Source of the DNA: Atopobiaceae bacterium UBA7016
GTDB taxonomy: Bacteria > Actinomycetota > Coriobacteriia > Coriobacteriales > Atopobiaceae
DNA: 45,863 nt
Direction: 5' to 3'
NCBI GenBank assembly: GCA_002449555.1
Contig: DJXA01000106.1
Span: forward strand, 1 to 45,863
Under the pieces are notes generated by a model that was not told where the DNA came from, did not search any database, and saw only the letters and a list, made by a program, of their open reading frames with translations. The translations under genes were made by a program, and so were the position numbers. Positions 34,438 through 43,067 of this stretch are shown here, in pieces. The stretch's first letter is position 1. Each line of letters starts with the position of its first letter.

Positions 34438-35421
34438 ATGGTTACCATCTGCGTAGACGCCATGGGAGGCGATAGCGGTACCGAGGTCGTGCTCGAGGGC
34501 ATTGCTCAGGCGCTTGAGGCGGACGAGCAGCTGCAGGTGCTGGTTGCGGGCGACGCGGACGTGATTTCCGCGTTCTGTGAAGAGCACGAGCGCGCGCTGC
34601 CGCTTGTCACCACCGAGGTCATCGGCATGGGCGAGCATCCGTCCACGGCCGTGCACGCCAAAAAGGACTCGAGCATCGTACGGGGCTGCCTGGCGGTGCG
34701 TCATGGCGAGGCGGACGGCTTCTTCTCTGCAGGCTCGACGGGCGCCATCCTGGTGGCGGCTACCATGAACGTCGGCCGTCTGAAGGGCATCAAGCGCCCG
34801 GCGCTGGCCACGGCCATTCCCGGCGCCTCGGGACGCCGAACCGTGATGATCGACATGGGCGCCAACGCCGACACCCATGAGGACATGATCGTGCAGTTCG
34901 CGCACATGGGACGCGCCTATGCCAAGGTGACCTTGGGCGTGGCTGAGCCGCGCGTGGCGCTGCTTTCCAACGGCGAGGAGGAGACCAAGGGTTCTGAGCA
35001 GGCCGTCGCCTTCCACCAGGCGCTGAAGGACGCTGGTGGCGACAGCTGGTTTGCGGGCAACGCCGAGGGCACCGATCTTCTGGCTGGCCGCTATGACGTC
35101 ATCGTGAGCGACGGCTTTACGGGCAACGTTGCCCTGAAGACGATCGAGGGCACGGCCAAGTACATTGTGGGCTGCATCAAGGCGGCAACCAAGAAGTCGA
35201 AGCTCATGGCCATTGGCGCGCTTTTGCTGAAGCCCGCCATCAAGGCTGTGGCGGCCGACCTCTCGGGCGACGAGTACGGCGGCGCGGTGCTTCTGGGCCT
35301 GAAGGCGCCCGTCATTATCGGCCACGGTGCCACGAGCGCCCTGGCCGTGAAGAACGGCACCCTCGTCTGCGCCAAGGCCGTACGCGAGGGCCTGGTAGAC
35401 AAGATCGCCGCCGAAGAGTGA
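34438..35421 (+). CDS. plsX: Phosphate acyltransferase PlsX, 327 aa
   Basis: ICVDAMGGDSG, DGFTGNVALK. GGGAGG upstream. Confidence 0.95.
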   Translation: MVTICVDAMGGDSGTEVVLEGIAQALEADEQLQVLVAGDADVISAFCEEHERALPLVTTEVIGMGEHPSTAVHAKKDSSIVRGCLAVRHGEADGFFSAGSTGAILVAATMNVGRLKGIKRPALATAIPGASGRRTVMIDMGANADTHEDMIVQFAHMGRAYAKVTLGVAEPRVALLSNGEEETKGSEQAVAFHQALKDAGGDSWFAGNAEGTDLLAGRYDVIVSDGFTGNVALKTIEGTAKYIVGCIKAATKKSKLMAIGALLLKPAIKAVAADLSGDEYGGAVLLGLKAPVIIGHGATSALAVKNGTLVCAKAVREGLVDKIAAEE

Positions 35422-35483
35422 GCAACGTTGGGGGTAGCCCCTTTTGTTGCCTATGCAACAAAAGGGGCTACCCCCAACGTTGC
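35422..35483. repeat. 62-nt perfect palindrome (29-bp stem, 4-nt loop) starting at the base after the plsX stop
   Basis: GCAACGTTGGGGGTAGCCCCTTTTGTTGC, loop CTAT, then the exact reverse complement. Each arm has its own GCAAC...GTTGC / GGGG-N3-CCCC sub-hairpin. Confidence 0.88.
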
Positions 35484-35594
35484 ATAGGCGCACCTGCTGT
35501 TTCTGTCGTTAGGGCTCGTGATGCTTCACTTTTTCTCGCCCGATGCTCACAATGGAAATGCTCTATCGTGCCGTTTTGATACAAGGAGACTCCC

Positions 35595-35831
35595 ATGACG
35601 CGCGAGGAAATCTTCAACAAGGTGGTAGAGGTCACCAGCGACTCGCTTGACGTTGATGCCAGCGAGCTCAACGAGCAGACCGACTTCAAGCAGCTGGGCG
35701 CCGATTCGTTCGACCTGCTTGAGCTCGTCACCGCGTTCGAGGACGAGTTTGGCGCCACGATGGATGACGAGAAGCTCGCCACCATCACCACCATCGGCGA
35801 TGCGGTTGACGCTATCGAGCAGGCCCTGTAG
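35595..35831 (+). CDS. acpP: Acyl carrier protein, 78 aa
   Basis: LGADSFDLLELV (phosphopantetheine Ser). AAGGAGA upstream. Confidence 0.93.
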   Translation: MTREEIFNKVVEVTSDSLDVDASELNEQTDFKQLGADSFDLLELVTAFEDEFGATMDDEKLATITTIGDAVDAIEQAL

Positions 35832-35842
35832 GAGGCCGACAC

Positions 35843-36565
35843 TTGAAGCTTCACCGTCGCGTCAAAGCCGTTGAGGAGATCATCGGCTATCAATTCGAGA
35901 ACAAAGACCTGCTGGCCTCGGCCGTGACGCATCCGTCTGCGGCCGAGGGCATGCCTGTTTCGGCATCGTACGAGCGCCTGGAGTTTCTGGGCGACGCGGT
36001 GCTGGGTGCCATGGTGGCGCGCGAGGTGTTCGAGCGCTTCCCGGGCATGGACGAGGGCCAGCTTACCGACCTCAAGATCGCGCTCGTCTCGGGTAAGATG
36101 CTTTCGAGCGTCTCTGAGGGGCTGGGCCTTTCCGAGTACATCTTGTTTGGCGTCTCGGAGCTGGGCACCAACACCCGTGGCATGAAGTCCGCGCTCGAGG
36201 ACGTCTTCGAGGCCATCGTCGGTGCCCTCTACGTTGACGGAGGTTACGATGCGGCGCACGACTTCGTCATGCGCATGCTGGGGGAGTACATGGTCCCCGA
36301 GACCATCCGTCGCTTCATGAACCCCAAGACGCACCTGCAGGAGGTCGTGCAGGGCGGAAACATCCGAAAGACCCCCACGTACAAGCTGGAGGCTACTTCT
36401 GGTCCCGCGCACGCGCAGCGCTTTACGTCGGTGGTGCTCATCGACGGCCGGCGCATCGGCCGTGGCACGGGAAGCTCCAAGAAGGAGTCGGAGAACGCCG
36501 CGGCGGCCGACGCCATTCGCCGTATCGAAGAAGATCCCCACGCCGTGTGGGCCGACATAGAATAG
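35843..36565 (+). CDS. rnc: Ribonuclease III, 240 aa
   Basis: TTG start at 35843 seven nt after GGAGG. ERLEFLGDAVLG. C-terminal dsRBD (GSSKKESENAAAADA). Confidence 0.93.
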   Translation: MKLHRRVKAVEEIIGYQFENKDLLASAVTHPSAAEGMPVSASYERLEFLGDAVLGAMVAREVFERFPGMDEGQLTDLKIALVSGKMLSSVSEGLGLSEYILFGVSELGTNTRGMKSALEDVFEAIVGALYVDGGYDAAHDFVMRMLGEYMVPETIRRFMNPKTHLQEVVQGGNIRKTPTYKLEATSGPAHAQRFTSVVLIDGRRIGRGTGSSKKESENAAAADAIRRIEEDPHAVWADIE

Positions 36566-36580
36566 CGGGGAAGACGGGCC

Positions 36581-39500
36581 GTGTACCTCAAGTCGCTCAC
36601 GCTCAAGGGATTCAAGTCGTTCGCTGACAAGACGACGATGGTCTATGACCCGGGCCTCACGGTTGTGGTGGGCCCCAACGGGTCGGGCAAGTCGAACATC
36701 TCGGATGCCATCCTGTGGGTGCTGGGCGAGCAGAGTGCCAAGATGCTGCGCGGCCAGGCCATGGAGGACGTCATCTTTTCGGGCTCGTCCGCGCGTCAGC
36801 CGGTGGGCGTGGCCGAGGTGACGCTCGTGCTCGACAACTCCGACCACACGCTTCCCATCGACTTTTCCGAGGTCGCCATCACGCGCCGTATGTTCCGCTC
36901 CGGCGAGTCTGAGTACCTCATCAACAACGCGCCGTCGCGCCTGATGGACATTACCGACATCCTGCATGACTCGGGCCTGGGCAAAGAGACGCACTCCATC
37001 ATCAGCCAGGGCAAGCTTGACTCCATCTTGGCGAGCCGCCCCGAAGACCGCCGCGAGCTTATCGAGGAGGCGGCGGGAATCGCCAAGCATCGCCGGCGCA
37101 AGGAGCGCTCTGAGCGCAAGCTCCGCAGCATGGAGGAGCACCTGACGCGCGCGAAGGACATCTCGCGCGAGATCAACCGACAGCTGGGGCCGCTGGAGCG
37201 GCAGGTCAACAAGGCCAAGCGCCACCACGACCTGAAGAGCCAGCTATCCGACCTCTCCACCACGCTTGCCGTGGACGACTTGCGCCAGCTGCAGGCCCGC
37301 TACAACCAGCTGGTGGCGCGTCAGCGCGAGGCCGACGCGGCGGTGGAGCTTGCGCAGCTGCGCCTGAACGAGAAGTCCGAGGACCTTGAGCGCTATCAGT
37401 CGCTGCTCGAGCAGAAGGGCATCTTTGTGGGTGACCTGGGCGAGCAGCGCCGCCGCATGCAGGACCTGCTGGGCCGCATGGACTCTGACATGCGCCTTCT
37501 GGAGGAAAAGGGCAAGAACATGGTGGCGCGTCTCTCCGAGATGCGCATGACGCTCTCGTCCAGCCAGAAGCAGCGGGCGGAGGCTGCGGCGGAGTACGAG
37601 CGCGTGAGTGCCGAGTACGCTGACGCCAAGGTGCGTGCGCGCGAGCTGCAGGACCGCCTGGACGAGCTGGTGCCGGAGGCGAAGCGCGCGACCGAGCTTC
37701 GGCGTTCGCTGGGTGCCAAGCAGGCACAGCTTACGGCCGACCAGCGTGCCGCGCAGCGCGAAGCCGACAGCGAGACGCTGGCCTACGCGAAGCTGCGCGA
37801 CCAGATTGCGAGCGCCGAGACGCAGGACCAGATGTTTGCGAGCCGTCTTGCGCAGATTGCCGAGCAGATTGAGACGGCCGCCGAGGCGCTTGCCGAGCGC
37901 AACCAGCGCAAGGCGGAGGTCTCGGAGGGGCTTGAGGTGGCCACGGCCGCAGCCGATGCGGCAGGTGCCGCCATCCATAGCGCACAGGACGCGCTGGCGT
38001 CAGCGCGTAAGGAGGAGAACGCGGCGCGCTCCCGCCTGCAGGAGGCCCGCGCCACGCTGTCTGCGCTGGAGAAGGTCGACGAACAGAGCGCCAACGCGAA
38101 CGAACTCACGGCTGCCGTGTCCGCTCGCTCGCAGGGGTTGGTGGAGTGCCGTCTGGCTGACCTCATCGAGGCGCCGGCAGAGCTTGAGGGGCTGGTGGAG
38201 CGCCTTCTGGGCGACGACCTGGCCGCCTTTGTGGTGGCTGACTCGGCGGCGGCTTCGTCGCTGGCCGAGACGGCCGAGGGCCTTTCCCGCAAGGCGGGCA
38301 GGGCCACCATCATTGCGCATCAGGTCCGTGTGGAAGCGGCTTCGGCCGATGCTCCGGGCGAGGCCTTGCTGGACAAACTGACCATTCCCGCCGCGGCGCA
38401 GGGCATTGCCGCGGCGCTGTTGGGCGACGTGCGCCTGGTTGCTGACGCCACAGCTGCGGTTCGTGCCCATGACGAGGCGCCTGCCTTCACGTACGTCACG
38501 CTGACGGGCGTGACGATGCTGGCCGACGGCCGCATCGTGGTGGGCGGAACCGCCGGCGCCGAGAGTGGCGCGCTTGAGCGTAAGCGCCGCATGCGCGCCC
38601 TGCGCGAGAGCCTTGACGGGCTTGAGGCGGGCCTGCGCGATGCCTCTGAGGCCGTCTCTCGTGCCGAGGCTGAGCTTGCTGACGCGCGCGACCAGAGCGC
38701 CCATGCCAAGGGCGACGTGGCCCGCCTGCGTGGCGAGCTCTCCTCCGTGACGTCTGAGATCGGCCGCTTGGAGGCCCAGCGCAACCAGGCCACCTCCGAG
38801 CAGGCACAGGTCTCGAAGCGGCGCTCTGCCGCGTCGGAGAAGGCCGACCAGGCGCGTCCGCAGATCGAGAAGCACAAGGCGGCCGCCGATGCGGCCGAGG
38901 CGCGCGCGGCCGAGCTGGGCCGCCAGCTGGTTGAGATCTCTGAGGAGCGCAGCCAGGCCTCTCGCGCGGAGAATGACGCGAGCGCCCGTGTGGCTGACGC
39001 CCGTCTGCACCTCGCCACCACCGTGGAGCGCCGCAACCACCTTGCGGTGCGCGAGGAGGAGCTTGCCAACACGGTGGCCACCATCGAGCGCCGCATCGAG
39101 ACCACCACGCGCACCGCCCGCTCGCTTGACGTGCTGCGCCTGCGCGTCGACCCGCTGCACGAGCGCTACGTGGCCGTGCATGACCGCGCCCTCGCGTGGG
39201 ACGCGCGCCTGCGCGACCGCGCCTCGCTGGCCGAGGCCGATTCCGACTCGCTGAAGGCGACCATCCAGGAGGCGCGCCAGGCCGTGAACGACGCCTCGCA
39301 GCAGCTTGAGCGCGCTCGTGCTGCGGCCAACGAGCTGAAGGTGGACATCGGCCGTATCGAGGTGCAGGTTGAGGGCGCCCTGAAGGACATCACGGCCTAC
39401 GGCTGGATCCTGGAGGACGCGCTGGCGCTGCCCGAGCCCGAGAACCGCGAGGCCATGGAGCGCACGGTGGAGAAGCTCCGCCGGCAGCTCGATAGCATCG

Positions 39501-40117
39501 GGCCGGTCAACGAGGTGGCCATGGACGAGTACCTGCGCCTGAAGGAGCGTGCGGACTACATCGCCGAGCAGGTGGCCGACCTCGAGAGCGCCAAGAGGTC
39601 GCTTGCGAAGATCACGAGCGCCATTGAGCGCAAGATGCGCCGGCAGTTCTTGGTGGTGTTTGACCAGGTCAACGCCAACTTTGGCGAGGTCTTCTCCATG
39701 CTCTTCCCGGGCGGACATGCACACATCGAGATGACGGACCCCGACCACGTGACGGAGACTGGCATCGAGATCGTGGCTCAGCCGCGCGGCAAGAAGATTC
39801 AGAAGATGATGCTGATGAGCGGTGGCGAGAAGTCTTTGACCGCGCTGGCGCTCCTCTTTGCCGTGTACCGTACGCGTACGGTACCATTCTATGTGTTCGA
39901 CGAGGTCGAGGCCGCGCTGGATGACTCGAACCTCTCCAAGCTGCTCGATGCCATCGAGCAGCTTAAGACGGTTACGCAGCTCATCGTGATCAGCCACCAG
40001 CGGCGCACGATGGAGCAGGCGGACGTGCTGTATGGCGTGTCCATGCAGGCTGACGGCGTGAGCCACGTGGTCAGCCAGCGTCTGGACAAGGCGACGGGAA
40101 AGGTGGTTGAGGCTTAA
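36581..40117 (+). CDS. smc: Chromosome segregation protein SMC, 1178 aa
   Basis: GTG start. GPNGSGKSN, long coiled coils with a central hinge, LSGGEKSLTALALLFA and FYVFDEVEAALD. Confidence 0.96.
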   Translation: MYLKSLTLKGFKSFADKTTMVYDPGLTVVVGPNGSGKSNISDAILWVLGEQSAKMLRGQAMEDVIFSGSSARQPVGVAEVTLVLDNSDHTLPIDFSEVAITRRMFRSGESEYLINNAPSRLMDITDILHDSGLGKETHSIISQGKLDSILASRPEDRRELIEEAAGIAKHRRRKERSERKLRSMEEHLTRAKDISREINRQLGPLERQVNKAKRHHDLKSQLSDLSTTLAVDDLRQLQARYNQLVARQREADAAVELAQLRLNEKSEDLERYQSLLEQKGIFVGDLGEQRRRMQDLLGRMDSDMRLLEEKGKNMVARLSEMRMTLSSSQKQRAEAAAEYERVSAEYADAKVRARELQDRLDELVPEAKRATELRRSLGAKQAQLTADQRAAQREADSETLAYAKLRDQIASAETQDQMFASRLAQIAEQIETAAEALAERNQRKAEVSEGLEVATAAADAAGAAIHSAQDALASARKEENAARSRLQEARATLSALEKVDEQSANANELTAAVSARSQGLVECRLADLIEAPAELEGLVERLLGDDLAAFVVADSAAASSLAETAEGLSRKAGRATIIAHQVRVEAASADAPGEALLDKLTIPAAAQGIAAALLGDVRLVADATAAVRAHDEAPAFTYVTLTGVTMLADGRIVVGGTAGAESGALERKRRMRALRESLDGLEAGLRDASEAVSRAEAELADARDQSAHAKGDVARLRGELSSVTSEIGRLEAQRNQATSEQAQVSKRRSAASEKADQARPQIEKHKAAADAAEARAAELGRQLVEISEERSQASRAENDASARVADARLHLATTVERRNHLAVREEELANTVATIERRIETTTRTARSLDVLRLRVDPLHERYVAVHDRALAWDARLRDRASLAEADSDSLKATIQEARQAVNDASQQLERARAAANELKVDIGRIEVQVEGALKDITAYGWILEDALALPEPENREAMERTVEKLRRQLDSIGPVNEVAMDEYLRLKERADYIAEQVADLESAKRSLAKITSAIERKMRRQFLVVFDQVNANFGEVFSMLFPGGHAHIEMTDPDHVTETGIEIVAQPRGKKIQKMMLMSGGEKSLTALALLFAVYRTRTVPFYVFDEVEAALDDSNLSKLLDAIEQLKTVTQLIVISHQRRTMEQADVLYGVSMQADGVSHVVSQRLDKATGKVVEA

Positions 40118-41023
40118 ATGGGTCTGCGTGACTCCCTGATGAAGGGCCTCTCGCGTTCTCGCGAGGCAATTTCCGAGATCTTCTACATGGGCGGCGAGGT
40201 GGACGAGTCCTTCTGGGAGGACCTTGAGGACACCCTCGTCATGGGTGATATGGGCGCTGAGGTGGCCATGCAGGTGACGGACGACCTGCGCGAGCAGGCC
40301 GCCCGCGAGGGCCTGCGAACCGCGCGCCAGCTGCGCGAGGCGCTTGCTCAGCGTTTGTCGCAGGAACTGACGCCCGCCAAGCGCGACCCCTTCCGTGCGC
40401 TGCCCTCGTGCGTGCTGTTCGTGGGCATCAACGGCGCGGGCAAGACGACCACGGTGGGCAAGCTCGCCAGCGAGGCGCTGAACCTGGGCATCAAGCCGCT
40501 CATCGGCGCCGGCGACACCTTCCGTGCGGCCGCCATCGAGCAGCTGCAGGTGTGGGGCGAGCGCTCTGGCGTGGAGGTCATCACGCGCGAGCGTGGCGCT
40601 GACCCGGCGAGCGTCTGCTACGAGGTGATCGACGAGGCCGAGAAGCGCGGCTCCGAGCTGGTGCTGATTGACACGGCGGGGCGTCTGCACACCTCGCCCG
40701 AGCTGATGCGCGAGCTGGCCAAGGTGGTCAACGTGACGCGCAAGCGCGCGAACATGCCCGTGTGGGTGGTGCTGGTGGTGGACGCCACCACCGGTCAGAA
40801 CGGCTTGAACCAGGCGCGCGAGTTCAACCAGGCGCTTGATCTTGATGGCCTCATCGTCACCAAGCTGGACGGCACAGCGAAGGGCGGCATCGTGGTGGCC
40901 ATCAGCCACGAGCTCAAGCTGCCCATCTGGCGCATCGGCGTAGGCGAGGGCATCGACGACCTGCAGCCCTTCGACGCGCTGGAGTTCTCTCGCGCGCTGG
41001 TGGGGGAGACCGAGGGGCTCTAG
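40118..41023 (+). CDS. ftsY: Signal recognition particle receptor FtsY, 301 aa
   Basis: GINGAGKTTTVGKLA, DTAGRLH, TKLDGTAKGG. ATG directly after the smc stop. Confidence 0.95.
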   Translation: MGLRDSLMKGLSRSREAISEIFYMGGEVDESFWEDLEDTLVMGDMGAEVAMQVTDDLREQAAREGLRTARQLREALAQRLSQELTPAKRDPFRALPSCVLFVGINGAGKTTTVGKLASEALNLGIKPLIGAGDTFRAAAIEQLQVWGERSGVEVITRERGADPASVCYEVIDEAEKRGSELVLIDTAGRLHTSPELMRELAKVVNVTRKRANMPVWVVLVVDATTGQNGLNQAREFNQALDLDGLIVTKLDGTAKGGIVVAISHELKLPIWRIGVGEGIDDLQPFDALEFSRALVGETEGL

Positions 41024-41034
41024 CGCGAAGCAGC

Positions 41035-41063
41035 GGGACCACAAGGTCCGACCCTCTGGTCCC
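41035..41063 (+). terminator. Hairpin after ftsY carrying the inverted GGACCAGAGGGTCGGACC core
   Basis: GGGACCA (41035-41041) pairs with TGGTCCC (41057-41063), with an inner GGTC/GACC pair. 41045-41062 is the exact reverse complement of 6443-6460. No U-tract. Confidence 0.55.
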
Positions 41064-41124
41064 TTGCGCAATGGGGTATCCTCTTAGGATGAGAAGCACA
41101 GCTACGGCATAGGAGAAGCATCAC

Positions 41125-42537
41125 ATGGCAGTCTTCAGCAGCCTTTCCGACCGACTTCAGGACACCTTTGACCGCCTGCGCGGCAAGGGCCGTCTTACCG
41201 AGGACGACATCAATGCCGCGATGCGTGAGATTCGCATGGCGCTCCTGGAAGCGGACGTCAACTATCGCGTGGTGAAGAACTTCGTCTCCGCGTGCAAGGA
41301 AAAGTGCATGACGGCCGACGTGCTGGATTCCCTGACGCCGGCACAGAACGTGGTGCGCATCGTTCTTGACCAGCTCACGCAGCTCCTGGGCTCCACCGAG
41401 TCCAAGTTGGTGCTTGCGCAGAACCGCACGCCCAACGTCATCATGCTCGTGGGCCTGCAGGGCTCTGGTAAGACCACGGCTGCCGCCAAGCTGGCGTATC
41501 TGCTGAAGGGCCAGGGGCGGAGCCCCCTTCTGGCCGCCTGCGACGTGCACCGTCCCGCCGCTGCCGACCAGCTGGAGACGCTGGGCAAAGAGATCGGCGT
41601 GCCCGTCTATCGCGGCGATGGCGTGGACGCCGTCAAGGTGGCGAGTGAGTCCATCCGCTATGGCATCGATCACCTGAACGACGTGGTCATCGTCGATACC
41701 GCAGGCCGCCTGCAGATCGACGAGGAGATGATGGCCGAGGCCGTCAACATCAAGAATGCCGTGAAGCCTGACCAGGTGCTGATGGTGGTTGACGCCATGA
41801 CCGGCCAGGACATCGTCAACGTGGTGCGCGCGTTTGCCGAGCGCGTCGACTTTGACGGCGTCATCATGTCCAAGCTCGACGGCGACGCCCGCGGCGGTGG
41901 CGCGCTGTCTGTGCGCGAGGTGACGGGCAAGCCCATCAAGTTCGTCAGCCAGGGCGAGAAGCCCGACTCGCTTGAGGTCTTCCATCCCGACCGCATGGCC
42001 AAGCGCATCCTGGGCATGGGCGACGTGGTGGGCATCATCGAGCAGGCCCAGAAGGTGGCGGACGAGCAGGACGTCCTCAATGCCGAGCGCATGCTGCGCG
42101 AGGGCTTCACAATGGACGACATGCTCGACCAGATGAACCAGATCCGCAAGATGGGCGGCCTGTCGAAGCTGATCGGCATGATTCCTGGCGGAGACCGCGC
42201 GCTTGCCCAGATGGGCGGCAATCTGGACGAGAGCCAGATTACGCGCATCGAGGCCATGATTCGCTCGATGACGCCGGAGGAGCGTCGTCAGCCCAAGAAG
42301 ATCAACGGCCAGCGCCGCAAGCGCATCGCCGCTGGTTCCGGCCGCTCCATTCAGGAGGTCAACCAGCTGCTGAAGCAGTGGAGCGAGATGAACAAGATGA
42401 TGGGCAAGATGAAGGCCATGGCTAACGACATGGGCGGCAAGGGTGGCGGCTCTCGCAAAGCCCGTCGCCAGATGCAATCCATGATGCGCAACATGGGCAT
42501 GGGCGGTGGCCAAGGCCGCGGCAACTTCCCGTTCTAA
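41125..42537 (+). CDS. ffh: Signal recognition particle protein Ffh, 470 aa
   Basis: GLQGSGKTTAAAKLA, DTAGRLQ, SKLDGDARGG, and a Met-rich M domain at the C-terminus. Confidence 0.96.
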   Translation: MAVFSSLSDRLQDTFDRLRGKGRLTEDDINAAMREIRMALLEADVNYRVVKNFVSACKEKCMTADVLDSLTPAQNVVRIVLDQLTQLLGSTESKLVLAQNRTPNVIMLVGLQGSGKTTAAAKLAYLLKGQGRSPLLAACDVHRPAAADQLETLGKEIGVPVYRGDGVDAVKVASESIRYGIDHLNDVVIVDTAGRLQIDEEMMAEAVNIKNAVKPDQVLMVVDAMTGQDIVNVVRAFAERVDFDGVIMSKLDGDARGGGALSVREVTGKPIKFVSQGEKPDSLEVFHPDRMAKRILGMGDVVGIIEQAQKVADEQDVLNAERMLREGFTMDDMLDQMNQIRKMGGLSKLIGMIPGGDRALAQMGGNLDESQITRIEAMIRSMTPEERRQPKKINGQRRKRIAAGSGRSIQEVNQLLKQWSEMNKMMGKMKAMANDMGGKGGGSRKARRQMQSMMRNMGMGGGQGRGNFPF

Positions 42538-42548
42538 GGTTAACGGGG

Positions 42549-42652
42549 CGGCGCCTTCCTTCATTGCGAGCTCAGACAGTCCTCGAAGGCCCCCTTCGCG
42601 TGCGCGAAGGAGGGCCTTCTGCGGAACTCGCTCGCAACGAGGGAAGGCGCCG
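42549..42652 (+). repeat. Two-tier hairpin element, copy A, 12 nt after the ffh stop
   Basis: Outer stem 42550-42571 / 42630-42651. Internal-loop strands TCAGACAGTCCTC (42572-42584) and TGCGGAACTC (42620-42629). Inner hairpin 42585-42619. Confidence 0.85.
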
Positions 42653-42724
42653 ACTCAGCCAGGACACCGTTGCCGCGCCACACCACCCATGCCCTCTGAT
42701 TGCTGTGGCCATATTCTTCTCCCA

Positions 42725-42766
42725 GTTAATGTTGACAAGAAACGGTACCTTTACGTCAGCATTCGC
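42725..42766. repeat. Degenerate 42-nt unit of the GCGAATGTTGAC-N18 family
   Basis: GTTAATGTTGAC (42725-42736), 18-nt spacer, GTCAGCATTCGC (42755-42766). Confidence 0.65.
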
Positions 42767-42947
42767 AGGAGTGCGAATAGCTCAATGAGACGTTAGGTGC
42801 ACGAGTTCAGTCGCATTGAGCGGACGTGTGCGTGAGAGATCCAGCCACGTTCCCTGTGCAGGTGGTTTGGTTTTGTGGATGCGGAGCTTCTTCATTGCCG
42901 AACTGGCGTGTTCGTCATAGCTGCTAGCCCGTGATCCGCTCGCAAGA

Positions 42948-43052
42948 GGCCGCCCAGCGTTCCCTCCATGCGAGTTCCGCAGAAGGCCCGGTTCGCGCAA
43001 GCGAACCGGGCCTTCGAGGACTGTCTGAGCATGGAGGGAACGCTGGGCGGCC
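42948..43052 (-). repeat. Two-tier hairpin element, copy B (inverted relative to A), ending 15 nt before the ldt stop
   Basis: Perfect 24-bp outer stem 42948-42971 / 43029-43052. Loop strands GAGTTCCGCA (42972-42981) and GAGGACTGTCTGA (43016-43028) are the reverse complements of copy A's loops. Perfect 15-bp inner hairpin 42982-43015. Confidence 0.85.
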
Positions 43053-43067
43053 CCGGCAACCTCACAC

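Noticed and set aside
38000-41071. Very long antisense or out-of-frame ORFs in the track. This one is 1023 aa. Others are 226-1410(-), 1614-3053(+), 15373-17367(-), 27755-29437(-), 41020-42564(-) and 43074-44537(+).
   Set aside because: They lie opposite or overlapping genes with unmistakable family motifs (smc, ftsY, gltX, metK, DAK2, ffh, ldt). They are Arg/Ala/Gly/His-rich with no motifs. This is the expected stop-codon-poor artefact of a ~70% GC genome.
42571-43029. Invertible promoter switch (inverton). Perfect 22-bp (42571-42592 / 43008-43029) and 18-bp (42612-42629 / 42972-42989) inverted repeats flank a low-GC segment that contains TTGACA.
   Set aside because: There is no recombinase gene in the window. 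The segment lies between two convergent 3' ends, so flipping would not switch a downstream gene. No -10 sits at the right spacing from TTGACA. It remains testable by looking for reads in both orientations.
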